Positions 1 through 11,737 of a DNA stretch of 64,000 bases are shown here, piece after piece. The stretch's first letter is position 1; each line of letters opens with the position of its first letter. The position numbers and the translations under genes are program-made. The stretch comes from Arenimonas sp. (GTDB lineage Bacteria > Pseudomonadota > Gammaproteobacteria > Xanthomonadales > Xanthomonadaceae), in contig JANPOU010000069.1 of the NCBI GenBank assembly GCA_031428155.1, forward strand, positions 25,419 to 89,418, written 5' to 3'. The notes beneath the pieces were generated by a model. That model did not search any database. It was not told where the DNA came from and was given only the letters and a program-made list of their open reading frames with translations.

Positions 1-119
1 TCATACAAGATTTTGCCGTCTCGCGAAACGATGACGCTGGTTATTTTCTTGAATTCGCCACTAGCAACTGACGAAGTGATGGCCTCAAACTTAGGGGACG
101 GAGGTACCTCCGTCCCTAA
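1..119 (-). pseudogene. 5'-truncated serine hydrolase (beta-lactamase/AmpC-like family) fragment running off the left edge
   Basis: Minus frame reads LGTEVPPSPKFEAITSSVASGEFKKITSVIVSRDGKILY, resembling the 'SVLVxRxGKLxYE' N-terminal strand of class C-like serine hydrolases. In-frame TAA at 122-120 and no ATG/GTG before the conserved segment. Confidence 0.45.
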
Positions 120-120
120 T
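94..120. repeat. REP-like palindromic repeat, copy 1 (GGGGACGGAGGTACCTCCGTCCCTAAT)
   Basis: Perfect 22-bp palindrome GGGACGGAGGTACCTCCGTCCC at 95-116; identical 27-mer at 3363-3389. Confidence 0.9.
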
Positions 121-126
121 TAGAAC

Positions 127-960
127 TTAGATACTCAGTTTTTCAGCATGAAACCTCAAATGCTCCTCAATAAACGTCTGAATAAACCAATAGCTGTGAT
201 CATACTCAGCATGTTGCCGCAGTGTTAGTTTATGGCCGCTAGAATTGCATGCTGCTTTGAATAATTCCGGTTTCAATTGCTCGTCCAGAAATTTATCGGC
301 CAAGCCTTGATCAATTAAAATTTCGCCATTAAAGCGCGAATGCTTCAACAATTCGCAGGCATCATAATTTGCCCATTCGCTTTCGTCGCGCAGATATTTT
401 GAGAAGGCTTTCCGGCCCCACGAAACTTTAGATGGCGCCACAATCGGTGCGAATGCTGATACCGACCGAAACAACTCAGGATTTTTGAGTGCCAGCGTTA
501 GCGCGCCGTGCCCGCCCATTGAATGCCCACTAATACCCATGCGCGAGGTGTCGGCGGGGAAGTGTTCGGCCAACAGTTGTGGCAATTCCTGCGCCACATA
601 ATCGGCCATATTGAATTGCGCGCAATACGGTTCTGCGCTGGCATTCAAATAAAATCCGGCGCCTTCGCCGAAATCCCAGTCGGCTGTGATGCCATCAATG
701 CCGGTGTTGCGCGGGCTGGTGTCGGGCGAAATGAGCATCAAGCCCAGTTCTGCCGCCACGCGTTGAGCGCCGGCTTTCAGCATGAAGGTTTCTTCGGTGC
801 AGGTTAGTCCGGCTAGAAAAATCAATACCGGTACGCGGCGGTGTTTCGCCTGCGCGGGCGTGAATACCGAAAAGCGCATCTGTCCGTTATTGGCGTTGGA
901 ATAGTGTTGATATACACCTTGTGTGCCGCCGAAGCAATGTTGCTGTGAAAGAATTTGCAT
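127..960 (-). CDS. fghA: S-formylglutathione hydrolase
   Basis: LAGLTCTEE, GEGAGFY, GHSMGG nucleophile elbow, YDHSY; adjacent to frmA. Confidence 0.95.
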   Translation of the reverse strand: MQILSQQHCFGGTQGVYQHYSNANNGQMRFSVFTPAQAKHRRVPVLIFLAGLTCTEETFMLKAGAQRVAAELGLMLISPDTSPRNTGIDGITADWDFGEGAGFYLNASAEPYCAQFNMADYVAQELPQLLAEHFPADTSRMGISGHSMGGHGALTLALKNPELFRSVSAFAPIVAPSKVSWGRKAFSKYLRDESEWANYDACELLKHSRFNGEILIDQGLADKFLDEQLKPELFKAACNSSGHKLTLRQHAEYDHSYWFIQTFIEEHLRFHAEKLSI

Positions 961-964
961 GCGA

Positions 965-2098
<1,134 letters not shown>

Positions 2099-2139
2099 TT
2101 AATTTACAGTAAATATAAGAATTTCGGGAGCAGAGAGCT

Positions 2140-3336
2140 TTATTCAAATCGAGTACGACGTTTCAGCAGTAATCCTAGCAATGCCAACATCGAAAAGCCG
2201 GCGCCGGCATAAAAAGTTGTTGATGAACCGGCTTGCTGCCACAGCAAGCCAGCCAAGCTGCTGGCAATCAACAGCGCCACGCCGCTGACTAAATTAAAAA
2301 ATCCATACGCAGTGCCACGCAAATCAGCAGGCGCCGTATCTGCCACCATTTTAGACAACAAGCCCTGGCTCATACTCATGTGAACACCCCACAGCATCAC
2401 GCCGGCTAATAGCGCAAGCCAATGCGTGCTGAGTGCCAGAACGATATCGGCGATAATCAATACACCAAGTGAGCCGATCAATAATTGATGCGAACCGATT
2501 CGATCGGATAGTTTGCCAAACGGATAGGCCGCGCCGGCATAAACAAGATTCATTGCCACCATAACCAGCGGCACAAGTGCCAGCGGCACACCAACCTGTT
2601 GTGCTTTCAAAACCAAAAACGCTTCAGAAAAACGTGCCAAGGTGAATATTGCGCCAATGATAACAACCCACCAGTAGGAGGCATTTAAACGCGCAAGGTT
2701 TTTGCGTTGGATGGGATTTTCTCCAGCCTGTGTTAGATTTGTTGCAGGCTCTTTTACGCCGATAACCAATAACAGCACTGCCAATACCGCAGGAATAACC
2801 GCCACCCAAAATATCGCGCGAAAATCGTTGGCCCACAACAGCATCAAAGCCACACCTAGCAGTGGCCCAATAAACGCACCCACCGTATCCAGCGATTGCC
2901 GTAGGCCAAATGCAGCGCCCCGCAGATGCGCGGGGGTTATGTCGGCAATCAAGGCGTCGCGCGGTGTGCCACGAATACCTTTGCCGATGCGATCGAGAAA
3001 ACGTGCCGCGATAATGGCGTTCAAGCCGGTGGCGAGTGCAAACAACGGTTTGCAAAGCGCGCCAAGCGAATAGCCGAACACCGTTAAAAGTTTGCGCTTG
3101 CCTAGGTAGTCGCTAAGCATCCCAGAAAATACTTTAACAATCAGCGCGGTTGCTTCAGAAATACCTTCAATCACACCAATGGCAAAGACACTCGCGCCTA
3201 ATACCGTCAGCATAAATAAGGGCAGTAAGCTGTGAATCATCTCCGATGAAATATCCATCAGCATACTCACAAAACCGAGTACCCAAATGCTAGCGGGAAT
3301 TTGCTTTAAGGTACTTTTCGATGCCGAAGCAGGCAT
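2140..3336 (-). CDS. MFS transporter
   Basis: About 12 TM segments, GMLSDYLGKRK motif A, DRIGKGIRGTPRDALI. Confidence 0.9.
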   Translation of the reverse strand: MPASASKSTLKQIPASIWVLGFVSMLMDISSEMIHSLLPLFMLTVLGASVFAIGVIEGISEATALIVKVFSGMLSDYLGKRKLLTVFGYSLGALCKPLFALATGLNAIIAARFLDRIGKGIRGTPRDALIADITPAHLRGAAFGLRQSLDTVGAFIGPLLGVALMLLWANDFRAIFWVAVIPAVLAVLLLVIGVKEPATNLTQAGENPIQRKNLARLNASYWWVVIIGAIFTLARFSEAFLVLKAQQVGVPLALVPLVMVAMNLVYAGAAYPFGKLSDRIGSHQLLIGSLGVLIIADIVLALSTHWLALLAGVMLWGVHMSMSQGLLSKMVADTAPADLRGTAYGFFNLVSGVALLIASSLAGLLWQQAGSSTTFYAGAGFSMLALLGLLLKRRTRFE

Positions 3337-3350
3337 GCCCTATGATACGG

Positions 3351-3467
3351 CTAATTGCTTTCGGGGACGGAGGTACCTCCGTCCCTAATATTTGGCCAGA
3401 ACTGCAATGCCATTAATGCAGCGATTAAAATCCATACCAATGCAATCCATAAAATATTTTTACTCAT
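3351..3467 (-). CDS. Putative 38-aa single-TM/signal-peptide-like small ORF (MSKNILWIALVWILIAALMALQFWPNIRDGGTSVPESN)
   Basis: Translated by hand: ATG 3467-3465 to TAG 3353-3351; hydrophobic core; weak AGGTGAG upstream; reads through repeat copy 2. Confidence 0.4.
   Translation of the reverse strand: MSKNILWIALVWILIAALMALQFWPNIRDGGTSVPESN
3363..3389. repeat. REP-like palindromic repeat, copy 2
   Basis: Identical to 94-120, same orientation. Confidence 0.9.
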
Positions 3468-3511
3468 TGGTCTAGTTTTACTCACCTGACGTTTAGTCAA
3501 TGATCAAATTA

Positions 3512-5980
3512 TTATGCAACCTTCTTCACCACTTTCTTAACTGCTTTTTTCACAGCCTTCTTAGTTGCTTTTTTCTTCGCAGCTTTCTTAGCCACTTTTT
3601 TAGCAGGTGCTTTTTTTACAGCGGCATTTTTTGCGGTAGGTGCTTTTTTGGTAGCGGCTTTCTTCACCACTTTCTTAGCGCGGCCGAATTTTCGTACCGG
3701 TTTGCCGACTGCCAATAAGGCTTCGCATTCTTCTTGTGTTAAAGAAATTGGATCGCGGTCTTTGGGGATTTTTCCATTGAATGCGCCATCAGTGATGTAT
3801 GCGCCGAAGCGGCCGTTCAGCACTTGGATGTCGGTGCCTTCAAAGGTTTTGATGAAACGGTTTGCCAAGTATTCGCGGCGGCCAAGTACTAATTCTATGG
3901 CTTTGTCTAAACCAATTTCATACGGATCGATTTCTTTCGGAATCGAGGCGAAGGTATCGCCATGTTTCACATACGGGCCGAATTGGCCGATGGCAACGCT
4001 TAGCGGTTTGTCTTCCAATTCACCCAATACTTTTGGCAGCTCGAATAGTTTCAGGGTTTCTGGCAATTGAATAGTAAAAATGCTTTGCTCTGGGCGCAAT
4101 GAGGCGAACTTCGGTTTTTCCTCGTCGTCTTTGCTGCCAATCTGCGCGAACGAACCGTATTTACCCATGCGCACCGACACTGGCTTGCCGCTTACAGGGT
4201 CAATACCTAACTCGCGCTGGCCAGTGCCTTCCGAGCGGTTTACTTCATCGGTTTTTTCGTCAAGGGTGGCTTTAAATTCTTTCCAGAATTTTTCCATCAA
4301 CACTGTCCACGGTTCTTCGCCGCGCGACACCGAATCGAGTTCGTCTTCAAGCTTAGCGGTGAAGTCGAAATCGACATAACGTTCGAAATGGGTAGTCAGA
4401 AATTTATTGATTAAACGACCAACATCGGTTGGCCTAAATGCGCGGCTTTCTAGCAAAGCATAGGCTTTGTAAATTAGCGTTTGGATAATGCTGGAATACG
4501 TGGATGGGCGACCAATGCCATATTCTTCTAAAGTTTTCACCAAGCTCGCTTCGGTGTAGCGCGGCGGTGGTTTGGTGAAATGTTGTTCACTTAAAATTTC
4601 ATTCAAGACAACAGATTGGCCTTCTTGTAAGGCTGGTAATTTGGTATTGGCTTCATCGTCATCATTGTCTTTTTGGTCTTTGCTTTCTTCATAAACCAGC
4701 AAAAAGCCTGGATCTACAACCGTGGTGCCGGTGGCACGGAAGCCGTTTTGGCTACCAGCAGCCAGTTCAACACTCACTGTATTTAGCGTAGCCGGAATCA
4801 TTTGGCAGGCAACAGCGCGCTTCCAAATCAATTCATACAATTTACGTTCGTCATCGCTTAAAAATTTGCCAATATCGGCTGGCGTCCGTAGTGCATACGT
4901 TGGCCTAATCGCTTCATGCGCTTCTTGGGCATTCTTCGATTTTGATTTGTAGACATTCGGTTCTTTAGGCAGATTGTGCGCACCGAAGCCTTTGCTGATG
5001 GCATCGCGTAACTGCTCAAGTGCTTCACCAGATAAATGCGTGGAATCGGTACGCATATAGCTAATCAAGCCCACGGTGCCCTCGCTACCAATGGCAATAC
5101 CTTCATATAGCTTTTGCGCTACTTGCATGGTTTTCTTGGTGGTGAAGCCAAGCTTACGCGCTGCTTCTTGTTGCAACGTAGAGGTGATGAATGGCGGCGA
5201 AGGGCGGCGCTTGCGTTCCTTGCGATTAACCTCTGTCACTTTCAAGGCAGAGCCAGCAGCGGACTTTAAGCGCGCATGCGCGGCCTTGGCATCGGTTTCG
5301 TTGCCAATGCTGAACTGTTCAAACTTCTCGCCATCCAAGCGCACACAACGCGCACTGAATGCCTGGCCTTTTTCCTGCAATTGCGCGGTAAAAGACCAAT
5401 GTTCGCGTGTGATGAACGCTTCAATCTCATCTTCGCGTTCGCAAATCAAACGTAATGCTGGTGATTGGACGCGCCCAGCTGACAGGCCATTTTTGATTTT
5501 GCGCCACAATACCGGCGATAAATTAAAACCAACGAGGTGATCAAGTGCGCGGCGTGCTTGATACGCGTCAACCAGATTGCCGGCAATTTGTCGTGGATGT
5601 TCAACCGCGTGTGTAATCGCTTTTGGGGTGATTTCAGTGAATACTACGCGATGCAAAGCTTTGCCTTGCAATAAATTTTGTTCGCGCAAGATTTCACCAA
5701 TATGCCAAGCAATCGCCTCACCTTCACGATCCGGATCGGAGGCCAGATAAATAGCCTCAGCGCCCTTGGCGGCTTTGGTGATGGCATCCACATACTTCTG
5801 GTTCTTTTCCTGAATCTCATAGCGCATGGCGAAACCATCATCGACATTCACTGCACCGTCTTTGCCGGGCAAATCGCGGACATGGCCATAGGATGCCAAG
5901 ACGAGGAAGTCTTTACCTAAATACTTATTGATCGTTTTGGCTTTGGCCGGCGATTCAACAATCAGTAAATTTTTTGCCAT
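3512..5980 (-). CDS. topA: DNA topoisomerase I with C-terminal repeats and Lys/Ala-rich tail
   Basis: LIVESPAKAKTI Toprim, DPDREGE, SAGRVQS, ISYMRTDS catalytic Tyr, GIGRPSTY. Confidence 0.97.
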   Translation of the reverse strand: MAKNLLIVESPAKAKTINKYLGKDFLVLASYGHVRDLPGKDGAVNVDDGFAMRYEIQEKNQKYVDAITKAAKGAEAIYLASDPDREGEAIAWHIGEILREQNLLQGKALHRVVFTEITPKAITHAVEHPRQIAGNLVDAYQARRALDHLVGFNLSPVLWRKIKNGLSAGRVQSPALRLICEREDEIEAFITREHWSFTAQLQEKGQAFSARCVRLDGEKFEQFSIGNETDAKAAHARLKSAAGSALKVTEVNRKERKRRPSPPFITSTLQQEAARKLGFTTKKTMQVAQKLYEGIAIGSEGTVGLISYMRTDSTHLSGEALEQLRDAISKGFGAHNLPKEPNVYKSKSKNAQEAHEAIRPTYALRTPADIGKFLSDDERKLYELIWKRAVACQMIPATLNTVSVELAAGSQNGFRATGTTVVDPGFLLVYEESKDQKDNDDDEANTKLPALQEGQSVVLNEILSEQHFTKPPPRYTEASLVKTLEEYGIGRPSTYSSIIQTLIYKAYALLESRAFRPTDVGRLINKFLTTHFERYVDFDFTAKLEDELDSVSRGEEPWTVLMEKFWKEFKATLDEKTDEVNRSEGTGQRELGIDPVSGKPVSVRMGKYGSFAQIGSKDDEEKPKFASLRPEQSIFTIQLPETLKLFELPKVLGELEDKPLSVAIGQFGPYVKHGDTFASIPKEIDPYEIGLDKAIELVLGRREYLANRFIKTFEGTDIQVLNGRFGAYITDGAFNGKIPKDRDPISLTQEECEALLAVGKPVRKFGRAKKVVKKAATKKAPTAKNAAVKKAPAKKVAKKAAKKKATKKAVKKAVKKVVKKVA

Positions 5981-6094
5981 TTACCACTCCATAAAACATT
6001 AAATACAAAGTCGAAACCCGCGCGTGGCGGGCTGGTTCTTTTTTTATTAAGGCACTAAGTCAGGGGGTGCTGTCAAGTGCTGGGCTGAAATGGC

Positions 6095-6568
6095 TTAATG
6101 CAAGGACTCGGGCTCATCGATAAAAATCTGACTTTCCATCCATGCAAAAGCCGCTTCAGAGCCGGGCTGGTTGAACAAAACCATCAACACTACCCATTTC
6201 AAATCATCGAGCTCAATATCTTCTTGATCCAAAGCCATGGCGCGATCAATCACTAGTTCCCGTTGCTCGGCGGACACTACGCCTTGCTGCTCCAGAAACA
6301 TCAAAAAACCGCGCGCTTCAACATCAAAGCGTTCCAGCTCAATGCTGGAAAAAAACCGCATCGGGCCTTTTGTGCCAGAAGTTTGCGAGTCTGGCCGATC
6401 TTGCGCCAAAGTTTCCAGCCAATCAAAGGCTTTACTAACCTCAGTGGCAGAGAACCCAGCTTGAATCAGGTTGTTTTGCAGAGTGTCGGGGTCTTGGACC
6501 AAGTCAGGTTGGTCATATATGTAGTGTTCAAAAAGGTAGAGTAAAACATTCAATATCGATTCTTTCAT
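6095..6568 (-). CDS. smg: Smg / DUF494 family protein
   Basis: VLLYLFE, AGF...[20 protein letters not shown]; between dprA and topA. Confidence 0.92.
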   Translation of the reverse strand: MKESILNVLLYLFEHYIYDQPDLVQDPDTLQNNLIQAGFSATEVSKAFDWLETLAQDRPDSQTSGTKGPMRFFSSIELERFDVEARGFLMFLEQQGVVSAEQRELVIDRAMALDQEDIELDDLKWVVLMVLFNQPGSEAAFAWMESQIFIDEPESLH

Positions 6569-6591
6569 TACCCTCTCGCTAACGATGCTGC

Positions 6592-7686
6592 TTAGACACT
6601 TCTATGGTAGCGGCCGAATTGGTTTTCAACCCACCCTGATAACTCCATGCCTACCAAAATGGACGAGATATCGGCGGCTGTCAATCCTGTGCGCACACAA
6701 ATCGTATCTATGGCCACGGTGTCGTGCCCAAGTGCTTGCCAAACCTGTTGTTGTTGAGCGTTCAGCTGCTCCTTGCTAGGCGAGCAAAGTGCCCGTGCTT
6801 GGGTTCTTTGCGCAAGATTTGGATCGAATGTTTGCTGATTATAGCTACTACTTGCCAAGATATGGCTGACTTCTTCGGGTTGTTCAACAAGGTATGCGCC
6901 TTCGCGAATCAGCTGGTGGCAACCAAATGCCATCGGGTTATGAATAGAGCCCGGAACGGCCATCACTTCTTTGCCAAGCTCCGCGGCTAATCGGGCAGTA
7001 ATCAATGCGCCAGAACGAATGGCGGCTTCAATCACCAAGGTGCCCTGGCTTAATCCTGCAATAAGCCGATTACGCGCTGGAAAGTGGCTGCGAAGCGCGG
7101 GAACGCCAGGCGGATGTTCAGTAATCACCGCGCCGTTTTCAACAATGCGTTCGTATAAATCTTGATTACTGCTTGGAAAAGCCAAATCAGGGCCGGTCGC
7201 TAAGGCCGCAATGGTTTGCCCGGTGCTTAATGCGCCGTGATGTGCCGAAGCATCAATGCCACGCGCAAGGCCACTGGTGACGGTAAAACCGCTGGCCGCT
7301 AAATGCTGTGCGAAATAATGGGCGCATTCCAAACCGCTGGCACTGGGCTGTCTAGAGCCAACAATGCCCACTTGCCGATGCCAAAGCAACTCTTTGCTGC
7401 CACGTACAAATAAAAATGGTGGCGGAGATGCCACATGCCGAAGTGTGGCAGGGTAGTCCTCATGGTGCCAGGCAATCATATGGCAGTTGGGTAGTTGCAA
7501 CCAGCTGAGGCCGCGTTCAATCAGTTTGCTTTGCGTTTTCAGCCCAAGGCTTAGCGCACGGTTGTTCTGGCTAAGTGCGCGCCAGGCCTCCGTTGGGCAT
7601 AAGTAATGACTTAGCGCTTCACGGATTTGGCCTGATTTAGCAGGCGAAAGAAGTAAGTTGAAACAGGCTTGGGTATGGTTTGTCAT
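6592..7686 (-). CDS. dprA: DNA-protecting protein DprA
   Basis: [42 protein letters not shown]. Confidence 0.95.
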   Translation of the reverse strand: MTNHTQACFNLLLSPAKSGQIREALSHYLCPTEAWRALSQNNRALSLGLKTQSKLIERGLSWLQLPNCHMIAWHHEDYPATLRHVASPPPFLFVRGSKELLWHRQVGIVGSRQPSASGLECAHYFAQHLAASGFTVTSGLARGIDASAHHGALSTGQTIAALATGPDLAFPSSNQDLYERIVENGAVITEHPPGVPALRSHFPARNRLIAGLSQGTLVIEAAIRSGALITARLAAELGKEVMAVPGSIHNPMAFGCHQLIREGAYLVEQPEEVSHILASSSYNQQTFDPNLAQRTQARALCSPSKEQLNAQQQQVWQALGHDTVAIDTICVRTGLTAADISSILVGMELSGWVENQFGRYHRSV

Positions 7687-7698
7687 GCCTTAAAGTTT

Positions 7699-7720
7699 AT
7701 CGGCTCCCGAAGGAGCCGAT
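7699..7720 (-). terminator. Hairpin with cUUCGg loop after LysM gene (no clear U-tract)
   Basis: ATCGGCTCC-TTCG-GGAGCCGAT on the minus strand. Confidence 0.55.
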
Positions 7721-7733
7721 TGTCAGAAAAGCT

Positions 7734-8864
7734 TTATTTTGCGTTAGGATCTTTCAGTATATCGCCGGCATGAATAGGCTTAGCATTGAGCATCACAATG
7801 GCATAGCTAACATTCTCAAATGTGCGGAACACCATAATTTGGCCAACAAATTCAGAGGGCATTGTCACTTTGTTTTGATAGGCCGACAAATCGTTATACT
7901 TTGTTATGCGATCAGGAACCACTTCACCAGGCGACCAAACCGAGTACGTGCTGCCGTTCACAACACCTTGTTTGCTGCCAATTGGAAGCGCAACGATACT
8001 GCGTCCGCCAGCCACTAAGCCATCACGAACTGCCATAACGTGGTAATCGTTGTTGCCAACATTTGGGCCAGCAGATGGGAAGTAGTAAGGGTCATAGCCG
8101 CTTTTTGCCGCGGGTGCTACGCGATCGCCGGCTTTGATTTCACGGCTTGCATCATCCACGCGAACCACCGCAATGCCACGTTTAATGCCGGTAACGTGGC
8201 CGCTAGCAACACGCATAAGCTCAGTGCCAATATAGTCTTTCGAGGAAGGCGAGGTAAGCGTGCCATTCCAGAAAGACTCGCCATCAACATACAAGCGATC
8301 GCCACGTTCGTCTAAATCCGACATGGCGGTGCGTTGGTAGCTGCCTTTGTAGCTGCGTGAAAAATGCGTGGTAGCACGGAAGATTTCAACTTGCTCGCCA
8401 ATGGCAACGCCTTGCAAGTTATTGACGTACACCACATGCTCTTCAGTACCCAGCAAATGACCTTCTTCGCTGCTTAGCACGTACGGTAAATTCTTAAATG
8501 AACTCACTACGCGTAAATCTTTCAGATAGGTTCGGCCGTAAGCATCAACATCAATCGCTCCAACTGGAGACTGATTGGTATTCGGCGCTTGATTAATGGT
8601 AAGCACAGGCTTGCCGTTGACATAAGTTAAACGGATTACATCACCTGGATAAATCCAATGCGGGTCTTTTACCTGTGGATTCTTTTGCCAGATCTGTGGC
8701 CAAAGCCACGGCTTCTCCAGAAAGCGCGCTGAAATATCCCAGAGCGTATCGCCTTTAACCACAACGTATTGCGTTGGGTGTCCAGTGCGTAAAATGTCAG
8801 AAACAGCGGGTTGGGCCAAAAGTAAACTGACACCAACAGTTAAGGCTACCAATAATTTTCTCAT
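7734..8864 (-). CDS. LysM peptidoglycan-binding protein (TsaP-like)
   Basis: Signal peptide; YVVVKGDTLWDIS...PWLWPQIW...PHWIYPGD; usual position between def and dprA. Confidence 0.88.
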   Translation of the reverse strand: MRKLLVALTVGVSLLLAQPAVSDILRTGHPTQYVVVKGDTLWDISARFLEKPWLWPQIWQKNPQVKDPHWIYPGDVIRLTYVNGKPVLTINQAPNTNQSPVGAIDVDAYGRTYLKDLRVVSSFKNLPYVLSSEEGHLLGTEEHVVYVNNLQGVAIGEQVEIFRATTHFSRSYKGSYQRTAMSDLDERGDRLYVDGESFWNGTLTSPSSKDYIGTELMRVASGHVTGIKRGIAVVRVDDASREIKAGDRVAPAAKSGYDPYYFPSAGPNVGNNDYHVMAVRDGLVAGGRSIVALPIGSKQGVVNGSTYSVWSPGEVVPDRITKYNDLSAYQNKVTMPSEFVGQIMVFRTFENVSYAIVMLNAKPIHAGDILKDPNAK

Positions 8865-8977
8865 GTTGAATCCCCTAACACCTTAATTATTAGTAACAAT
8901 ATAGCCGAAAAAACACTAAATTTTGCAACACAGCGTAAAATACTCCAAGTACGTCACAAATTTATAGGTAATTGATC

Positions 8978-9490
8978 ATGAACATTCTCCCCATCCTTGA
9001 GTATCCCGATAAGCGTCTGCGAACCATTGCAAGCCCCGTTGATGCGGCTGATTTGCCGATGGGGAGCTTAATAGATGATATGTTCCACACCATGTATGAA
9101 GCGCCGGGTATTGGCTTGGCTGCAACGCAAGTGGATGTGCATAAACAACTGATAATATTGGATATATCTGAAGATAAAAGCCAGCCTATGGTGTTTGTTA
9201 ACCCGCAGATTATCGCCAAAGATGGCAGTCAGGTGTACCAAGAAGGCTGTTTGTCGTTGCCAGGTATTTATGCCGATGTGAAGCGTTTCAACCAAATTAC
9301 CGTGCAAGCTTTAGACAGAAATGGCAAGCAATTCGTGCTTGAGGCCGATGGCCTGCTGGCCGTGTGTATTCAACATGAAATGGATCATTTGGCCGGAAAA
9401 GTTTTTGTTGATCATCTATCGCCATTGAAACGCGCTTTAGCCGAAAAGAAACTCGCTAAGCAACGCAAACTCAATACTGAAGACGCTTAA
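8978..9490 (+). CDS. def: Peptide deformylase
   Basis: [20 protein letters not shown]; ATG 8978 preferred over TTG 8972. Confidence 0.97.
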   Translation: MNILPILEYPDKRLRTIASPVDAADLPMGSLIDDMFHTMYEAPGIGLAATQVDVHKQLIILDISEDKSQPMVFVNPQIIAKDGSQVYQEGCLSLPGIYADVKRFNQITVQALDRNGKQFVLEADGLLAVCIQHEMDHLAGKVFVDHLSPLKRALAEKKLAKQRKLNTEDA

Positions 9491-10414
9491 ATGACATTGC
9501 GCATTATTTTTGCCGGTACGCCGGAGTTTGCTGTGCCGTGTTTGCGAGCAGCAGCTTCGCGCGGTGAAGTGGTTGCTGTTTATACACAGCCTGATCGGCC
9601 AGCTGGCCGAGGTCGCCTTGCGCACGCTTCAGCGGTGAAAGTAGCGGCACTTGAATTAGGCCTGCCAGTTTATCAACCAGAAAATTTCAAAAGCGCAGAA
9701 GCACTAGAAATATTGCAAAGCCATCAGGCCGATTTAATGCTGGTAGTGGCTTATGGTTTAATTTTGCCGATGGCGGTATTGAACACGCCACGTTTGGGCT
9801 GCTGGAATGTGCATGCATCCTTGCTGCCGCGTTGGCGTGGTGCAGCACCTATTCAGCGTGCGCTTGAAGCCGGCGATGAAAAATCTGGTGTGTGTTTAAT
9901 GCAAATGGAAAAAGGCTTAGATACCGGCCCGCTATTGCTGCAAATGCATATGCCTATTGCTGCAAATGAAACTGGCGGCTCTTTGCACGACAAACTCTCG
10001 CATTTGGGTGCCGAAGTACTTTCCGATGGTTTAAAGCTGGCCCGTGTGGGTATGCAATTTCAAGCTGTACCTCAAATTGATGCTGGCATGACTTACGCCA
10101 AGAAAATTGAAAAGAACGAAGCCATTTTAAACTGGCAGCAAAGTGCAAAACAACTCGCTGATAAAATTCGCGCTTTTAACCCATGGCCAATCGCGGAAAC
10201 ACAATTAAATGGCGAGCGCGTACGAATTTATCAAGCACGTGTTCTTGATCTTGAAAATCTTTCGCATTCACCAGGCAGCATTATTTCTTCGAGCAAAGAC
10301 GGCATTGATATTGCCTGTGGGCAAGGCGTATTGCGCTTGCTGAGCGTGCAACGTGACGGTGGCCGCGTGGTGTCGGCGGCCGATTATCTCAACGCTCGGC
10401 CCTTGTTACATTGA
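9491..10414 (+). CDS. fmt: Methionyl-tRNA formyltransferase
   Basis: [35 protein letters not shown]. Confidence 0.97.
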   Translation: MTLRIIFAGTPEFAVPCLRAAASRGEVVAVYTQPDRPAGRGRLAHASAVKVAALELGLPVYQPENFKSAEALEILQSHQADLMLVVAYGLILPMAVLNTPRLGCWNVHASLLPRWRGAAPIQRALEAGDEKSGVCLMQMEKGLDTGPLLLQMHMPIAANETGGSLHDKLSHLGAEVLSDGLKLARVGMQFQAVPQIDAGMTYAKKIEKNEAILNWQQSAKQLADKIRAFNPWPIAETQLNGERVRIYQARVLDLENLSHSPGSIISSSKDGIDIACGQGVLRLLSVQRDGGRVVSAADYLNARPLLH

Positions 10415-11715
10415 ATCATCCAGGCGCTAGTGTTCGGGCCAGCGCTGCGCGTGTGATCACGCAAGTGTTGGCGCAGGGGCGTTCGCTTAAAGCGGAACTG
10501 GGCTTGGCGCGCAATGATTTTGACGACAGCCGCGATAAAGCCTTGCTCGAAGCGATGTGTTTATCGGTGATTCGGCACAGACGCAGTTTGGAGTTTGCCC
10601 TAAACAAATTTTTGCAGAAAAGTTTGCAACGCCAAGACCCTCTTTGCCATAGCGTGATTTTGGTGGGCTTGGCACAGTTACATATTTTAAAGCTTTCCGA
10701 GCATGCTGCAGTTTCTGCAACTGTTGAGGCAGCACGGTTATTAGGCAAACAATCACGCGCGGCCTTAGTGAATGCTGTTTTGCGGCGCAGTTTGCGCGAA
10801 GGCTTAGCTATCAGTACCGATTTCGGTATTGCGAATAATCATCCCGACTGGCTTGTGAAACAGCTACAAAGCGACTGGCCTGAAAATTGGCAGGCCATTA
10901 TTGAAGCCAATAATCTGCAAGCACCGCTGTGGCTGCGAGTTAATAGCAAGAAAATATCACGTGCTAAATATGCCGAACAGCTCATTGAAAACGGTATCTT
11001 GTTTACCGTTTCAGAATTGTTTGAACAAGCGCTCAGCATTGATCAAGCAAGCTCACCAACACGCTTGCCAGGTTGGCATGAAGGCTTGATTGCCGTGCAG
11101 GATCTTTCCGCACAATTAACCACCTTGGCGCTAAATCTTAAGCCGGGTATGGATGTGTTGGATATGTGTGCTGCGCCGGGTGGTAAGTCAGCGCAGTTGG
11201 CTGAAGTGGATGGTGTGCGTTTGGTGTTGTTGGATAAAGAAGCGGTGCGTTTAAAAAAAGTGCATGATTTGTTTGAACGCTTGCAGCTTGATACAACACA
11301 GGTTCAAACATTGGCCGCTGATGCAAGCCTTGCCTTGCCGGAACAAATACCGCAGTTATACGATGCCATCCTATTGGATGCGCCGTGTTCGGCGACCGGC
11401 ATTATTCGCCGCCAGCCAGACGTAAAATGGCATCGGCAAGCCAAAGATATTGATCAATTGAATACATTGCAATGGCGCTTATTAAAAAATGCTTGGCGCC
11501 ATCTCAAGCCCGGTGGTCGGCTTTTATACAGCACATGCTCGGTACTTAAAGCTGAAAATGAATTGCTAATCGCATCATTTCTAAAGCAACACAGTGACGC
11601 GCGTGCTATCGCTTTGGGTACAAGATTCGGCATAGCAAGCGGTGCTGGCTGGCAACGCTTTCCCGGTGAAAATGGCAGTGATGGGTTTTTTTATGCGTTG
11701 CTTGAGAAGCTGTAA
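10411..11715 (+). CDS. rsmB: 16S rRNA m5C967 methyltransferase
   Basis: NusB-like N-terminus, [22 protein letters not shown]; TTG start overlapping fmt stop. Confidence 0.95.
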   Translation: MNHPGASVRASAARVITQVLAQGRSLKAELGLARNDFDDSRDKALLEAMCLSVIRHRRSLEFALNKFLQKSLQRQDPLCHSVILVGLAQLHILKLSEHAAVSATVEAARLLGKQSRAALVNAVLRRSLREGLAISTDFGIANNHPDWLVKQLQSDWPENWQAIIEANNLQAPLWLRVNSKKISRAKYAEQLIENGILFTVSELFEQALSIDQASSPTRLPGWHEGLIAVQDLSAQLTTLALNLKPGMDVLDMCAAPGGKSAQLAEVDGVRLVLLDKEAVRLKKVHDLFERLQLDTTQVQTLAADASLALPEQIPQLYDAILLDAPCSATGIIRRQPDVKWHRQAKDIDQLNTLQWRLLKNAWRHLKPGGRLLYSTCSVLKAENELLIASFLKQHSDARAIALGTRFGIASGAGWQRFPGENGSDGFFYALLEKL

Positions 11716-11737
11716 AGCTAAAATAGTTCAGATGCAG

